A DNA stretch of 60,258 nucleotides, taken from positions 1-60,258 of the forward strand of contig JBEKUT010000001.1 in NCBI GenBank assembly GCA_049514735.1, given 5' to 3'. The notes below the pieces were generated by a model, which was not told the origin of the DNA, ran no database searches, and saw nothing but the letters and a program-made list of their open reading frames with translations. Made by a program: the position numbers and the translations under genes. Below, piece after piece: positions 49,301 through 57,613 of this stretch (position 1 is its first letter; every line of letters begins with the position of its first letter). The DNA comes from Bryobacteraceae bacterium (lineage in GTDB: Bacteria; Acidobacteriota; Terriglobia; Bryobacterales; Bryobacteraceae).

Positions 49301-49639
49301 CTGCAGAGTAACGTTGGCAGTCGCGGTGACGTTTAGGTCCACCCGTACGCTCTTGAGCTCTGCCTTCGAAAAGCCGGGCGCCGTCACCACGATGGTGTAC
49401 GTCCCAGCGGGCAGGTTAGCGATGCGGTATTCGCCCGTCGAGGTTGAGATCGCTGTGTTATCGACTCCGGTGGCCTCGTTATGGGCAATCACCGTCGCGT
49501 TCGGTATAGTCGCTCCGCTGATGTCGTAAACCGTGCCTGTAAGGTTACCGCTGACCAATTGCCCAAAAGCAGTCACCGCTCCGATTCCTAATAGTATAGC
49601 GGCTATGCTAAGAAACAACATGCTCCTTGATTTAAGCAT
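46313..49639 (-). CDS. TonB-dependent receptor with N-terminal carboxypeptidase regulatory-like domain
   Basis: It is 1108 aa. A signal peptide is followed by a CarboxypepD_reg module (GNLTGTVYDISGATIPNATVIAHN ... YRIANLPAGTYTIVVTAPGF), then plug and barrel. The C-terminus LQLALKFIF ends in an aromatic residue. Confidence 0.85.
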   Translation of the reverse strand: MLKSRSMLFLSIAAILLGIGAVTAFGQLVSGNLTGTVYDISGATIPNATVIAHNEATGVDNTAISTSTGEYRIANLPAGTYTIVVTAPGFSKAELKSVRVDLNVTATANVTLQVGKSAEVVEVSSGAVAIDTTTAQLQNTFETQQLMELPTASSGSGVINLSLLAPGVATSGAVGVGTGPSVGGQRPRNNNFTIEGVDNNSGSVTGPLVFVPNDAVAEFTFLQNQFSADFGHSSGGQFNQVVKSGTNAFHGSAFDYLENRNLNAADNINAVEGIPLHPRFDDNRFGGTFGGPIKKNKLFFFVDYEYNPIGTIGASGTVCAPTSAGYSTLGGLSGINQTNLSQLQKYLGTAGAASSPSACGDSAYPVVGPGNESVNGPSPTGVSIPIGLVPVTSPAYTNNEFGVAAIDYNISEKDSLRGRFILNRTGTIDSSGFPSVFYQTIPTNEYLVTLSEFHTFTSALVNEFRLGYNRSSSATPVPNISFPGLDAFPNIDIFELGGVNNTFGPDPNAPQSGIQNQYQLSDNISWTKGAHTLKFGFDGWKQISPQTFTQRSRGDYEWSYLSDYLYDNIPDYLAERTLGGSKYYGDRILTGYYANDSWKIKPNFTLNLGLRYEYQTVPYTERLQTENAIANVPGVLTFGQPQPQGNAFMPRVGIAYSPGTSGKTSIRAGFGMYYDVLYDNQGLLTLPPEANHTIDEGGNAGSGFLANGGIPASANAGALTPAQAIAETSGYVPNQTRPETISWNIGIQHEFGSNYTFETRYVGDHSVHLSVQERLDEQPVVNASNALPTYLTAPSQATLNGLTSNLSSLETAYDNGGYLKPAYLNAGFQSFITAYMPWGNSIYHGWSNSLTRRFSNGLQMNAAYTWSHAIDDSTADVFSTYITPRRPEDSTNLALDRSNSALDHRQRFTYEVLYDLPFFKHGNWLMKNVVGNWEFAPIYTYQSGTWYDVQSGVDSNLNADSAGDRTIVNPSGTANTGSGVTPLMNSSGQTVAYLATNPSARYIEAAPGTLPNGGRNTSQLPPINDVDMTVAKSFNITESKKVQFSARFINLFNHPQYIGGFLSDVAPIGQTSQASHNFLEPQSGIFAQPSQAFSSNPRSLQLALKFIF

Positions 49640-49870
49640 TTCTTCTCCTTGTCCTCGTTTTAGCAGTTTATTAACCAGACCTTACTTTGTTGTGGAGCAA
49701 AGAGATATTCTGTCGCGTGCGCTGAACCCTATTAAAAACGGTAGCTCGGGGGCTTGTCCTTTCCAAGAAAGAGAAATAGATCTGGGGAAGGCCGTCCTGC
49801 TGCAAGCCGCTTCTCTCCGTTAAGTGAGAAGTTAAAGTAACCTTCTATCCTTCCATGAGGTCAAACGATC

Positions 49871-49893
49871 TAACGGTTATATTGTAACCGTTA
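49871..49893. promoter_or_regulatory. Perfect 9-bp inverted repeat TAACGGTTA-N5-TAACCGTTA (candidate operator)
   Basis: It is seen directly in the sequence. It lies 20 nt downstream of the recN stop codon and about 230 nt upstream of the TonB-dependent receptor start. No T-run follows on either strand. Confidence 0.4.
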
Positions 49894-49913
49894 CATATGA
49901 CAATCCCACCTTA

Positions 49914-51587
49914 TTATTCGTTTGCCAGACGCATCAACTGCTCAGCCTGCTTAAGAGCTTCCGGCGTGACCTTTTCACCCGATAGCATGCGGCCTATCTC
50001 GCGCTTCCTTAACGCAGGACTTAATTCCTCGATTTCAGCGACGGTACGGCCCTTCACTTCATGTTTACCCACTACATAGTGGTGGTCGGCAAAACCGGCG
50101 ACCTGCGCAAGATGCGTCACGCACAAAACCTGGTTCGACGCGGCAAGCTGCTTCAGACGCCTGCCGACGCTTTCGGCCACCGCTCCGCCGATACCGGTAT
50201 CGATCTCGTCGAATACCAGAGTGCGGGGCGCTCCACTCGCCGGTGGCTGCCGCAAACACGTTTTGAGCGCCAGCGCGATTCTCGATAGCTCACCGCCTGA
50301 GGCAATGCGCCCCAAGGGGCGGGGCTCCTCGCCCGCATTCGGCGAAATTAGGAACTCAATTGCATCAGCCCCGCGCTCGGACCAATCCGTTTTCTGAAGC
50401 TTGATCTGAAACACAGTGTTTTGCATGGCGAGCGATCCGAGCTCGCCTTCCACGGCGCGAGCCAACTTGAGTGCGCCATCCGTGCGTAGCTTAGTCAGCC
50501 GCCCAGCGGCCGCGCTGTACAGATCCGCGATTTCTTTGATGCGTGCCGCCAGAGCGCTTTTCCGCTCTTCCGTACTTTCGACGGCGCCCAGCTTGGCGCT
50601 GACGTCGTCGAAAAAAGCCAGGATCTCCTCCACCGATCCTCCGTATTTGCGCTTCAGCCGGTCGATCAGTTCCAAGCGCGTTTCGATATCTTCCAGACGA
50701 TTGGGATCGGCCTCCAGCTTGTCGAGATAATCGCGCAGTGTGCCAGAGGCTTCGTCCACGGCTATACCGGCCGGCTTCAAACCGTCGAGCGCGCTTTGCA
50801 AGCTTGCGTCGATACGGCACAAGTCCTCGATCTTCTTAATCGCGATGCGCAATTGCGTGGCGGCGCTCGCGGGCGCGTCGTAGAGCGCGGCATATGCTGC
50901 GTTCGCGTTCTCCTGCAATCGCACTACGTTCTTCAGAACGCGGCGCTCATTGTCGAGATCGGTATCTTCGCCGGGCTTCAGTTGCGCCGCTTCGATTTCT
51001 TTGCGCTGGAAAGTCCACAGATCGGCCATGCGGAGACGCTCCTGCTCCGACCGTTCCAACTTCTGAAGCTCGCGCGATGCCTCGCGCCATTCGCGGAACA
51101 GCTTCGAAGTTTCATTCAACGCAGACTCGGCTTCGACGAAATCGTCCAGCATGTCGAGCTGCGCCTCGGGCGAAAACAACTGCTGCTGATCGTGTTGTCC
51201 GTGGATGTCGCCCAGATAAGGCGCGAGGTCGCGCAACAACGCTGCGGCCACCGGCCTGCTACCCGCGAACGCTCTGGATTTTCCGCTCGCTAGGATCTCG
51301 CGTTCGATTAATAATTCGCCATCTTCCGACTCGATGCCAGCCTCGTCCAATATTTTCCTTAACGCAAACGAGCGCGGCGTTTCGAAAATCCCGGAGATTC
51401 TGGCGCGTTCCGTCTCCGAGCGAACCATGTCGGCCGAAGCGCGTCCGCCGAAGAGCAGGCCAAGCGCATCCACCACCATGGACTTACCGCTGCCGGTCTC
51501 GCCCGTCAGCAGATTCAGCCCCGCGTGGAAGCGCACGCGCACCCGTTCGACCACCGCGTAATTCTCGACTACCAGTTCCACCAACAC
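49914..51587 (-). CDS. recN: DNA repair protein RecN
   Basis: It has MLVELVVENYAVVERVRVRFHAGLNLLTGETGSGKSMVVDAL (Walker A), a long coiled-coil, ASGGELSRIALALK (signature motif) and LVFDEIDTGIGG (Walker B). Confidence 0.9.
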   Translation of the reverse strand: MLVELVVENYAVVERVRVRFHAGLNLLTGETGSGKSMVVDALGLLFGGRASADMVRSETERARISGIFETPRSFALRKILDEAGIESEDGELLIEREILASGKSRAFAGSRPVAAALLRDLAPYLGDIHGQHDQQQLFSPEAQLDMLDDFVEAESALNETSKLFREWREASRELQKLERSEQERLRMADLWTFQRKEIEAAQLKPGEDTDLDNERRVLKNVVRLQENANAAYAALYDAPASAATQLRIAIKKIEDLCRIDASLQSALDGLKPAGIAVDEASGTLRDYLDKLEADPNRLEDIETRLELIDRLKRKYGGSVEEILAFFDDVSAKLGAVESTEERKSALAARIKEIADLYSAAAGRLTKLRTDGALKLARAVEGELGSLAMQNTVFQIKLQKTDWSERGADAIEFLISPNAGEEPRPLGRIASGGELSRIALALKTCLRQPPASGAPRTLVFDEIDTGIGGAVAESVGRRLKQLAASNQVLCVTHLAQVAGFADHHYVVGKHEVKGRTVAEIEELSPALRKREIGRMLSGEKVTPEALKQAEQLMRLANE

Positions 51588-51706
51588 TCGATGAAATTAT
51601 ACGAGGTTGGAGTTCGTCTAAAGTTAGCAGTTGAACGTCCTTGTGTTAGCAGGTCTCTTGAACTGCTTCCCGCGCGTCTCCGATCCATATGTAGCTATGA
51701 TGGGTC

Positions 51707-52414
51707 TTGAATGTGAAAGGAGCCGGTTTGATACTGCCCCACACCGGTGGGATCTTCCTACAACTGAGTATCTGGGAGCTGATCGAGAGCGCGCACATCG
51801 TGCCGCAGGCGGTGATGGTGATCCTGGCTATCTTCTCCTTGCTTTCCTGGGCTGTCATTTTCTCGAAGTGGAACATCTTCCGCCAGGCGCAATCGGCAAA
51901 CACCTCGTTCCTGCGGGCGTTTCGCAAGGCCAAGGGATTAGAGTCCGTCGCTGTAGCGAGTGAACAGTTTCGCGCGTCACCACTGATTTCCGTTTTCGAT
52001 TTCGGATATAGCGAGGTAAACCGGCAAATCAAAACGCGCGGCGCGCTCACTAATAAGACGGCGCTGGAGCGCAACCTTCAGCTCGGTATCAGCGAAGAGG
52101 TTACTAAGCTCGAACGCAACATGAATCTGCTCGCGACCACCGCGGCTGTCTCGCCGTTCATCGGTCTGTTCGGGACCGTATGGGGCATCATCGATTCGTT
52201 CTCCGCGCTCGGAACTGCGGGCGCTGCGAGCCTGCGAGCGGTTGCTCCCGGCATCTCCGAGGCGCTTGTCACTACTGCTCTCGGGCTGGTTGCGGCGATT
52301 CCCGCGGCCATCTTCTATAACATTTTCGGCAGCAGGATTCGCGAGTTCGGAGCGCGCATGGAAGATTTCTCGCTCGAATTTCTGAACCTCACCGAAAGGA
52401 CCTTCGAGGATTAG
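51707..52414 (+). CDS. tolQ: MotA/TolQ/ExbB proton channel protein (TolQ by context)
   Basis: It has three TM segments and the motif LATTAAVSPFIGLFGTVWGIIDSF. The start is uncertain: TTG 51707 in the ORF track, or TTG 51728, which sits a few nt after AAGGAG. Confidence 0.8.
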   Translation: MNVKGAGLILPHTGGIFLQLSIWELIESAHIVPQAVMVILAIFSLLSWAVIFSKWNIFRQAQSANTSFLRAFRKAKGLESVAVASEQFRASPLISVFDFGYSEVNRQIKTRGALTNKTALERNLQLGISEEVTKLERNMNLLATTAAVSPFIGLFGTVWGIIDSFSALGTAGAASLRAVAPGISEALVTTALGLVAAIPAAIFYNIFGSRIREFGARMEDFSLEFLNLTERTFED

Positions 52415-52418
52415 CGCG

Positions 52419-52862
52419 ATGGCGTTCTCACTCGGCGGAACTTCCAACGGCGGCCGCAGCCGTTTTCGCGGCACCACCACGTTATCCGAAATCAACATCG
52501 TGCCGTTAGTCGATGTGGTGCTGGTGCTGCTCATCATTTTCATGTTGACGGCTCACGTGATGGAGTTCGGCCTTGAGATCGACGTTCCCAAGGTCAATAA
52601 GGTCAAGGACACCATCAAGGAACTCCCGGTGGTCTCCATGAACCGCGATGGCGAACTCTATCTCAACGGCAAAACGGTCAACATCAACCTGCTTGGCGAT
52701 GAAGTGAAGCAGCATTTTCCGAACGCGGCCGCAGTCTACCTGCAAGCCGACAAGAGCACCACGTGGGAGCCGATCGCGGGAGTGATCGCCGCTCTTGGCG
52801 ATGCCAAGCTGCACGTCAACATCGTGACGCAGCCGGAAGACGACACCGGCAAACGTAAGTAG
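52419..52862 (+). CDS. tolR: ExbD/TolR biopolymer transport protein
   Basis: SEINIVPLVDVVLVLLIIFM is the TM segment. A periplasmic ExbD-like domain follows. Confidence 0.85.
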   Translation: MAFSLGGTSNGGRSRFRGTTTLSEINIVPLVDVVLVLLIIFMLTAHVMEFGLEIDVPKVNKVKDTIKELPVVSMNRDGELYLNGKTVNINLLGDEVKQHFPNAAAVYLQADKSTTWEPIAGVIAALGDAKLHVNIVTQPEDDTGKRK

Positions 52863-52864
52863 AT

Positions 52865-53650
52865 ATGGTTCCGCATGCGGATATCCTCGACCAACAGGAG
52901 TCGCTGAAGAAGCCGTTTCTCGCTTCGGTCCTGTTTCACGCCGGGGTGATTGTCGTATTCGGCGGCTGGCATCTTTATTCGAACGCCAATAAAGTCACTC
53001 TCGGCACCGCCACTCCGGGCTTTGGAAACTCGGTCTCCGTGGATTCCGTGCGCGCGATCCCGATACCGTCTCGGCGCGGCCGTCTCAACCCCGTTGCAAA
53101 TGACACGGAGAGCCAGCTTCAGCAACACGCCGAAGAAAAAACGCAACCACGCCAGAAGACGCCTCCGCCTGAAAAAGACGCGGTCAATCTCAGGAGCCGC
53201 ATGCCGGAGAAGCCCGTCAATAAAAACTACGCGATTCAAAAATATCGCGCGCAGCCCTTGCAGCCGAACCAGATCACCAGCAGCCAGGCGCCGGCAGCCG
53301 TGTCTCCGATGTTTCAGAAGCCGGGTACAAATTTCGGCGTCGGCATCAACCCGAACAGCATCGTCGGCACCATGTTCGGCGGGTATGCGCAGGCGCTCAT
53401 GGAAGCCGTGGCGCGCCATTGGAACACCGGTGGGCTGATTGGTGTGCAAGTTCCTATGGCGATTATCAATGTCGATATTATGCGCAACGGAAGCATAAGG
53501 AATCCTCAGATTGCGCAGCGCAGCGGCAATACGACACTCGACTATTCGGCGTTGCGGGCGGTCACGGAGGCCGCGCCGTTCCCACCGCTGCCGCCGGAGT
53601 ACAACGGCAGCTACATGAACATAGACTTCAGATTTCAACTACAGCGATGA
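52865..53650 (+). CDS. TolA-like / TonB C-terminal domain envelope protein
   Basis: It has an N-terminal TM (FLASVLFHAGVIVVFGGW), a Pro/Gln/Lys-rich linker, and a TonB_C-like C-terminus (INVDIMRNGSIRNPQIAQRSGNTTLDYSALRAVTEAAPFPPLP). Its position lies between tolR and tolB. Confidence 0.7.
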   Translation: MVPHADILDQQESLKKPFLASVLFHAGVIVVFGGWHLYSNANKVTLGTATPGFGNSVSVDSVRAIPIPSRRGRLNPVANDTESQLQQHAEEKTQPRQKTPPPEKDAVNLRSRMPEKPVNKNYAIQKYRAQPLQPNQITSSQAPAAVSPMFQKPGTNFGVGINPNSIVGTMFGGYAQALMEAVARHWNTGGLIGVQVPMAIINVDIMRNGSIRNPQIAQRSGNTTLDYSALRAVTEAAPFPPLPPEYNGSYMNIDFRFQLQR

Positions 53651-54987
53651 AAAGATCCCTCATTCTCACCCCCCTCTTTCTGGGCGCAGCCGTGGCGATT
53701 CTGTTCGCGCAATCGCGGGCATCCATCGACATCAGTGGTCATCCCGAAAAACCGGCCCTCGCCATCCCCGATTTCCGTGGCGCAGGCGAAGCCCAACAAC
53801 ACATGGACGCCTTCAACCGGACCCTCTGGAACGAACTCCAAAACTCCGGCCAGGTGAAGATGGTTCCCAAGACCTTCTACCCGATCCAGATCCCGCAGCA
53901 GCCCGCCGATTTCAAAACCACGCCGCAGACGCCGTCGCTCACGCAATGGTACGGGCCTCCCGTGAACGCGAACTGGCTGGCGTTCGGCTACACCGCCGCG
54001 CAGAACGGCCAACTCGCCCTTTACGGTTGGCTCTTCAACGTCTCGCAGCCGACCCCGCAGAGCGCGCAGGTCCTGGGCAAGGTTTACGTCGGCACACTCG
54101 ACGACGCCGGGGCTATGAAAGTGGCGCGCGAGTTCGCCGCCGACATCCTCAAGCAGTTCGGCGCCAAGAGCCTGAGTGGCACCAAGATCTACTTCGTGTC
54201 GGAGAGAACCGGCCACAAAGAGATCTGGTCCTGGGATTATGACAGCGGCACTCAGACGCAGATTACGCACTATAACTCCATCACCACGTTCCCGGCCGTT
54301 TCGCCCGACAACACGAAAGTCGCGTTCATGACCTACGCCAAAGGCCAGCCGCAGATCTTTGTGCATTCGCTGGAATCGGGCCGTAAGCTACCCTTCTACA
54401 ATCAGGCCGCTTCCATGAACGCGCCCTCGGACTTCACGCCCGATAGCCAACGCGTCCTCTTTTACTCCAGCGCGGGAGGCGGCGAAGTTCAGATTTTCAT
54501 GTCGAATGTAGACGGCAGCAACCTGCAGCGCATCTCGCATTGCCGCTGCATCGACGTCGAGCCGAAGGTCAATCCCAAGACCGGCGGACAGCTTGTTTTT
54601 GTCTCGGATCGCGGAGGGCTCCCGCAAATATATAGAATGAATACAGACGGATCGGACATAGTTCGTCTGACCAACGGACAGGGCGAGGCGACGAACCCGT
54701 CCTGGAATCCCGATGGCCAGCACATTGCGTTTGCATGGACGAAAGGTTTTGAACCTGGAAACTACAACATCTTCACCATGGACGTCGCGACCGGCGATGT
54801 GATTCAGTTGACTCATGGCGAGGGAAGGAACGAAAATCCGAGTTGGGCGCCCGATGGGATACATCTCGTTTATGCATCCAAACGCGGCCGCGTCAGCCAG
54901 CTCTGGACCATGCTCGCCGATGGGTCGGGTAAACAGCAACTCACCACGGTTGGCAGCAATGAAAACCCTGTCTGGAGCCGTCAATAA
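53647..54987 (+). CDS. tolB: Tol-Pal system beta-propeller protein TolB
   Basis: I chose the start at MKRSLILTPLFLGAAVAILFAQ (ATGA overlap). A TolB N-domain is followed by repeated WD40-like PD40 blocks (SPDNTKVAFMTY, TPDSQRVLFYS, NPDGQHIAFAW, APDGIHLVYAS). Confidence 0.85.
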   Translation: MKRSLILTPLFLGAAVAILFAQSRASIDISGHPEKPALAIPDFRGAGEAQQHMDAFNRTLWNELQNSGQVKMVPKTFYPIQIPQQPADFKTTPQTPSLTQWYGPPVNANWLAFGYTAAQNGQLALYGWLFNVSQPTPQSAQVLGKVYVGTLDDAGAMKVAREFAADILKQFGAKSLSGTKIYFVSERTGHKEIWSWDYDSGTQTQITHYNSITTFPAVSPDNTKVAFMTYAKGQPQIFVHSLESGRKLPFYNQAASMNAPSDFTPDSQRVLFYSSAGGGEVQIFMSNVDGSNLQRISHCRCIDVEPKVNPKTGGQLVFVSDRGGLPQIYRMNTDGSDIVRLTNGQGEATNPSWNPDGQHIAFAWTKGFEPGNYNIFTMDVATGDVIQLTHGEGRNENPSWAPDGIHLVYASKRGRVSQLWTMLADGSGKQQLTTVGSNENPVWSRQ

Positions 54988-55030
54988 AGTTCTGCAACCA
55001 GTTCGAACCAAGAGGAGAAGGAATCCCGAA

Positions 55031-55825
55031 ATGACTCACAACTACAGATCGCAAGTAGGGAAGCAGACCGCCATGATGCTGGCGCTCGCGCTTCTCGTGT
55101 TTGCTTCCGGTTGTAAAAAGAAAGTACCTCCACCACCGCCGCCTCCGCCCGTGGTCCAGCCCCAACCGCCACCGCCAGCGGCTAAACCGTCTATCAACAG
55201 CTTTACGGCTGAGCCCAGCACGATTCAAAAGGGTCAGTCTTCAACGTTGCGTTGGTCCATTAGCAACGCGACGGATATGAACATCGATCAAGGTATCGGC
55301 GCCGTTCAGAGCAATGGCTCGCGCCAGGTGTTCCCCAGCGCGACCACCACGTATACACTTGTGGCCAACGGGCCGGGCGGATCGGATACGCGCTCCGTTA
55401 CGGTAGAAGTCACCAACCCGCCGCCGCCTCCACCGCCGCAGCCGCCACCCCCGACGTTATCGTCGGCCGATATGCTCACCAAGGAAGGCCAGGATGCCTT
55501 CTTCGATTACGATAAGAGCGACATCCGTGCCGATGCGCGCGACGCCTTGACGCACGACGCGGATCTTCTCAAACGAATCTTCCAGAACGATCCCAACGTC
55601 GTAATCATGGTGGAAGGTCATTGCGACGAACGGGGCTCAGCCGAATACAACCTTGGCCTGGGCGATCGCCGCGCTACCTCCGCGAAGGAGTTTCTGGTGC
55701 AACTCGGCGTGCCCACCGACAAGCTGAAAACCATCAGCTACGGTAAGGAGCGTCCGCAGTGTACTGACGCGACCGAAGAGTGCTATCAGAAGAATAGACG
55801 GGCTCATCTTTCCGTGGCCCAATGA
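55031..55825 (+). CDS. pal: Peptidoglycan-associated lipoprotein Pal (OmpA family) with an inserted Ig-like domain
   Basis: The lipobox is LVFASGC. The C-terminal OmpA-like domain is FFDYDKSDIR ... VEGHCDERGSAEYNLGLGDRRA. An extra domain of about 80 aa is bracketed by polyproline tracts. Confidence 0.8.
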   Translation: MTHNYRSQVGKQTAMMLALALLVFASGCKKKVPPPPPPPPVVQPQPPPPAAKPSINSFTAEPSTIQKGQSSTLRWSISNATDMNIDQGIGAVQSNGSRQVFPSATTTYTLVANGPGGSDTRSVTVEVTNPPPPPPPQPPPPTLSSADMLTKEGQDAFFDYDKSDIRADARDALTHDADLLKRIFQNDPNVVIMVEGHCDERGSAEYNLGLGDRRATSAKEFLVQLGVPTDKLKTISYGKERPQCTDATEECYQKNRRAHLSVAQ

Positions 55826-55830
55826 GTGAA

Positions 55831-55855
55831 GCGGGTCTCGGCGACCCGCGTTTTA
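55831..55855 (+). terminator. Intrinsic terminator-like hairpin after pal
   Basis: The hairpin is GCGGGTC-TCGGC-GACCCGC followed by GTTTTAG. A second hairpin, GCAGGCCGG-N8-CCGGCCTGC (55865-55890), follows before ybgF. Confidence 0.55.
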
Positions 55856-55905
55856 GTTAGACGGGCAGGCCGGCTCTCTAACCGGCCTGCTCAAAAGGAG
55901 CATGC

Positions 55906-56844
55906 ATGAAAGTCTTAGGCATCACTTGTGTCCTGCTGGTCTCGATGCCGCTTTCCTTCGCCGCGAGCAAGGAAATTATCGAGTTGCAGCGCGACGTTGC
56001 CCAATTACAAGACCAGGTCCGGAGTCTTCAGAAAACCTTGGATCAGCTCACCGTTCTGGCGCAGCAGACGGTGGATGCGCAGACACGAACGGCCACTTCG
56101 CTGGCGGTGATGCAAAGCGGCTTCAACGATACCGTCAGGCAGCAACAGGACAAGGTTGCAGGTCCCGTATTGAGCGTCGGAGCGAAGCTCGATACCATGT
56201 CGGAAGATTTCCGCAATTTGCGCGAGACCGTGAATGACGTCAGCGCGCGAATCGGCAAGCTCGACGCCAAGGTTACCGACCTGCAGAACACGGTCAATGT
56301 GATCCGGACTCCCGCTCCGCCTCCGCCGGCGGGAAACGTATTGCCAGGTTCCACGGCCCCCGGAGGTTCACAGCAGCTCGGCGCCACCATGCCGGCCACC
56401 ACGGCCGCTCCATCCGGTCCACCCGCGGGACTTTCTGCAGAGACGCTCTATTCCAATGCCTACCGCGATTATCTAGGCGGCAACAACGATCTGGCGCTTC
56501 AGGAATTCAGCGATTACACCAAGTACTTTAACGAAACTCAGTTCGCGCCCAACTCCCAGTTCTACATTGGAAACATCTACTACAAGAAACAAGACTTTCC
56601 GAACGCGTTGGCTGCCTTCGACGCCGTTCTGGAACACTACACCGACAATCCCAAGACCGCCGGCGCTCATTTCTGGAAGGGCAAAACCCTCCTCGCGATG
56701 GGTAAGCGCGACGCCGCTGCCAAGGAATTTCGCGAGATAGTCAGTAAGTATCCCACCAGCGATGTTGCTCCGCAGGCCAAGACGGAACTCCGCAACTTGG
56801 GACTGTCAACGGGAGCGAAAAGCCGCTCCCGCCGGTCCCAGTAA
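55906..56844 (+). CDS. ybgF: Tol-Pal system protein YbgF/CpoB
   Basis: It has a signal peptide, a coiled-coil N-half (IELQRDVAQLQDQVRSLQKTLDQL), a Pro/Ala linker and a C-terminal TPR block (YSNAYRDYLGGNNDLALQEF ... YYIGNIYYKKQDFPNALAAF). Confidence 0.8.
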   Translation: MKVLGITCVLLVSMPLSFAASKEIIELQRDVAQLQDQVRSLQKTLDQLTVLAQQTVDAQTRTATSLAVMQSGFNDTVRQQQDKVAGPVLSVGAKLDTMSEDFRNLRETVNDVSARIGKLDAKVTDLQNTVNVIRTPAPPPPAGNVLPGSTAPGGSQQLGATMPATTAAPSGPPAGLSAETLYSNAYRDYLGGNNDLALQEFSDYTKYFNETQFAPNSQFYIGNIYYKKQDFPNALAAFDAVLEHYTDNPKTAGAHFWKGKTLLAMGKRDAAAKEFREIVSKYPTSDVAPQAKTELRNLGLSTGAKSRSRRSQ

Positions 56845-56917
56845 ACCTCCCTCGGCGCCTCCCTCTCAGCTTTCCTCCAGAAAAACAGGCCGTTCAGCTT
56901 ACAATGTAACGAGCAGT

Positions 56918-57613
56918 ATGACCAACCTTACGGCGTCCGAACCTCGTACTTACGAAGACCTCGCGACCATTTGTGAGTTGCCTCTCTTGGATCCTCAGCT
57001 CACCGAAGAGCAGGTGGCTCAAGGCTGCGCAGTGGCGAAACGTCTGTGCCTGGGCGCTGTTATTGTTCGACCTTCCGATCTCGACCTGGCCGAACGATGG
57101 ACCGGACCCTCCATCGCATTGAGCACGGCGGTCGATTGGCCACACGGGTATTCGACCACGGCTACTAAGCAGTATGCCGTCCGCGATGCTTTGCGGCGCG
57201 GAGCGAAAGAGATCGTCGTCACGATGAACACTGGCAAGCTCGTCTCACGGCAATTCCAATACTTAGAGATGGAACTCGTCCAGATCGCGGACGCGTGTCA
57301 CGAAACCCGCGCGCTGCTGACCGTAAACCTGGAATCGGAATATTTGACGGACGAACACAAGATCGTCGCTTGCCGCATTGGGAAACGTACCGGAGTGGAT
57401 TTCCTGGCCACGCCGAATCTTGCCGACATCGCTATCCTTCGAAACCACTCACGCGATAAAATCCAACTGAAGTATCGCGCCGCGGACTCGCTCGAAGCGG
57501 CATTAGAAGCGTTTGCGGCCGGGTGTACGCGCATTGAATCGTCGAACGCCGAACAGGTTATGGAAGCATGGAAGGCCCGCCTTGTCCCTGCTCAGTCCGG
57601 CGAGCATGCGTAA
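56918..57613 (+). CDS. DeoC/LacD-fold (deoxyribose-phosphate aldolase-like) protein, apparently lacking the catalytic lysines
   Basis: The layout is DeoC-like (LDPQLTEEQVAQGCAVAKRLCLGAVIVRP ... GAKEIVVTMNTGKL ... LTDEHKIVACRIGKRTGVDFLATPN ... AAGCTRIESS). The positions I expect to hold Lys (LKVIIE, DFVKTSTG) read LTVNLE and DFLATPN. Confidence 0.55.
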   Translation: MTNLTASEPRTYEDLATICELPLLDPQLTEEQVAQGCAVAKRLCLGAVIVRPSDLDLAERWTGPSIALSTAVDWPHGYSTTATKQYAVRDALRRGAKEIVVTMNTGKLVSRQFQYLEMELVQIADACHETRALLTVNLESEYLTDEHKIVACRIGKRTGVDFLATPNLADIAILRNHSRDKIQLKYRAADSLEAALEAFAAGCTRIESSNAEQVMEAWKARLVPAQSGEHA

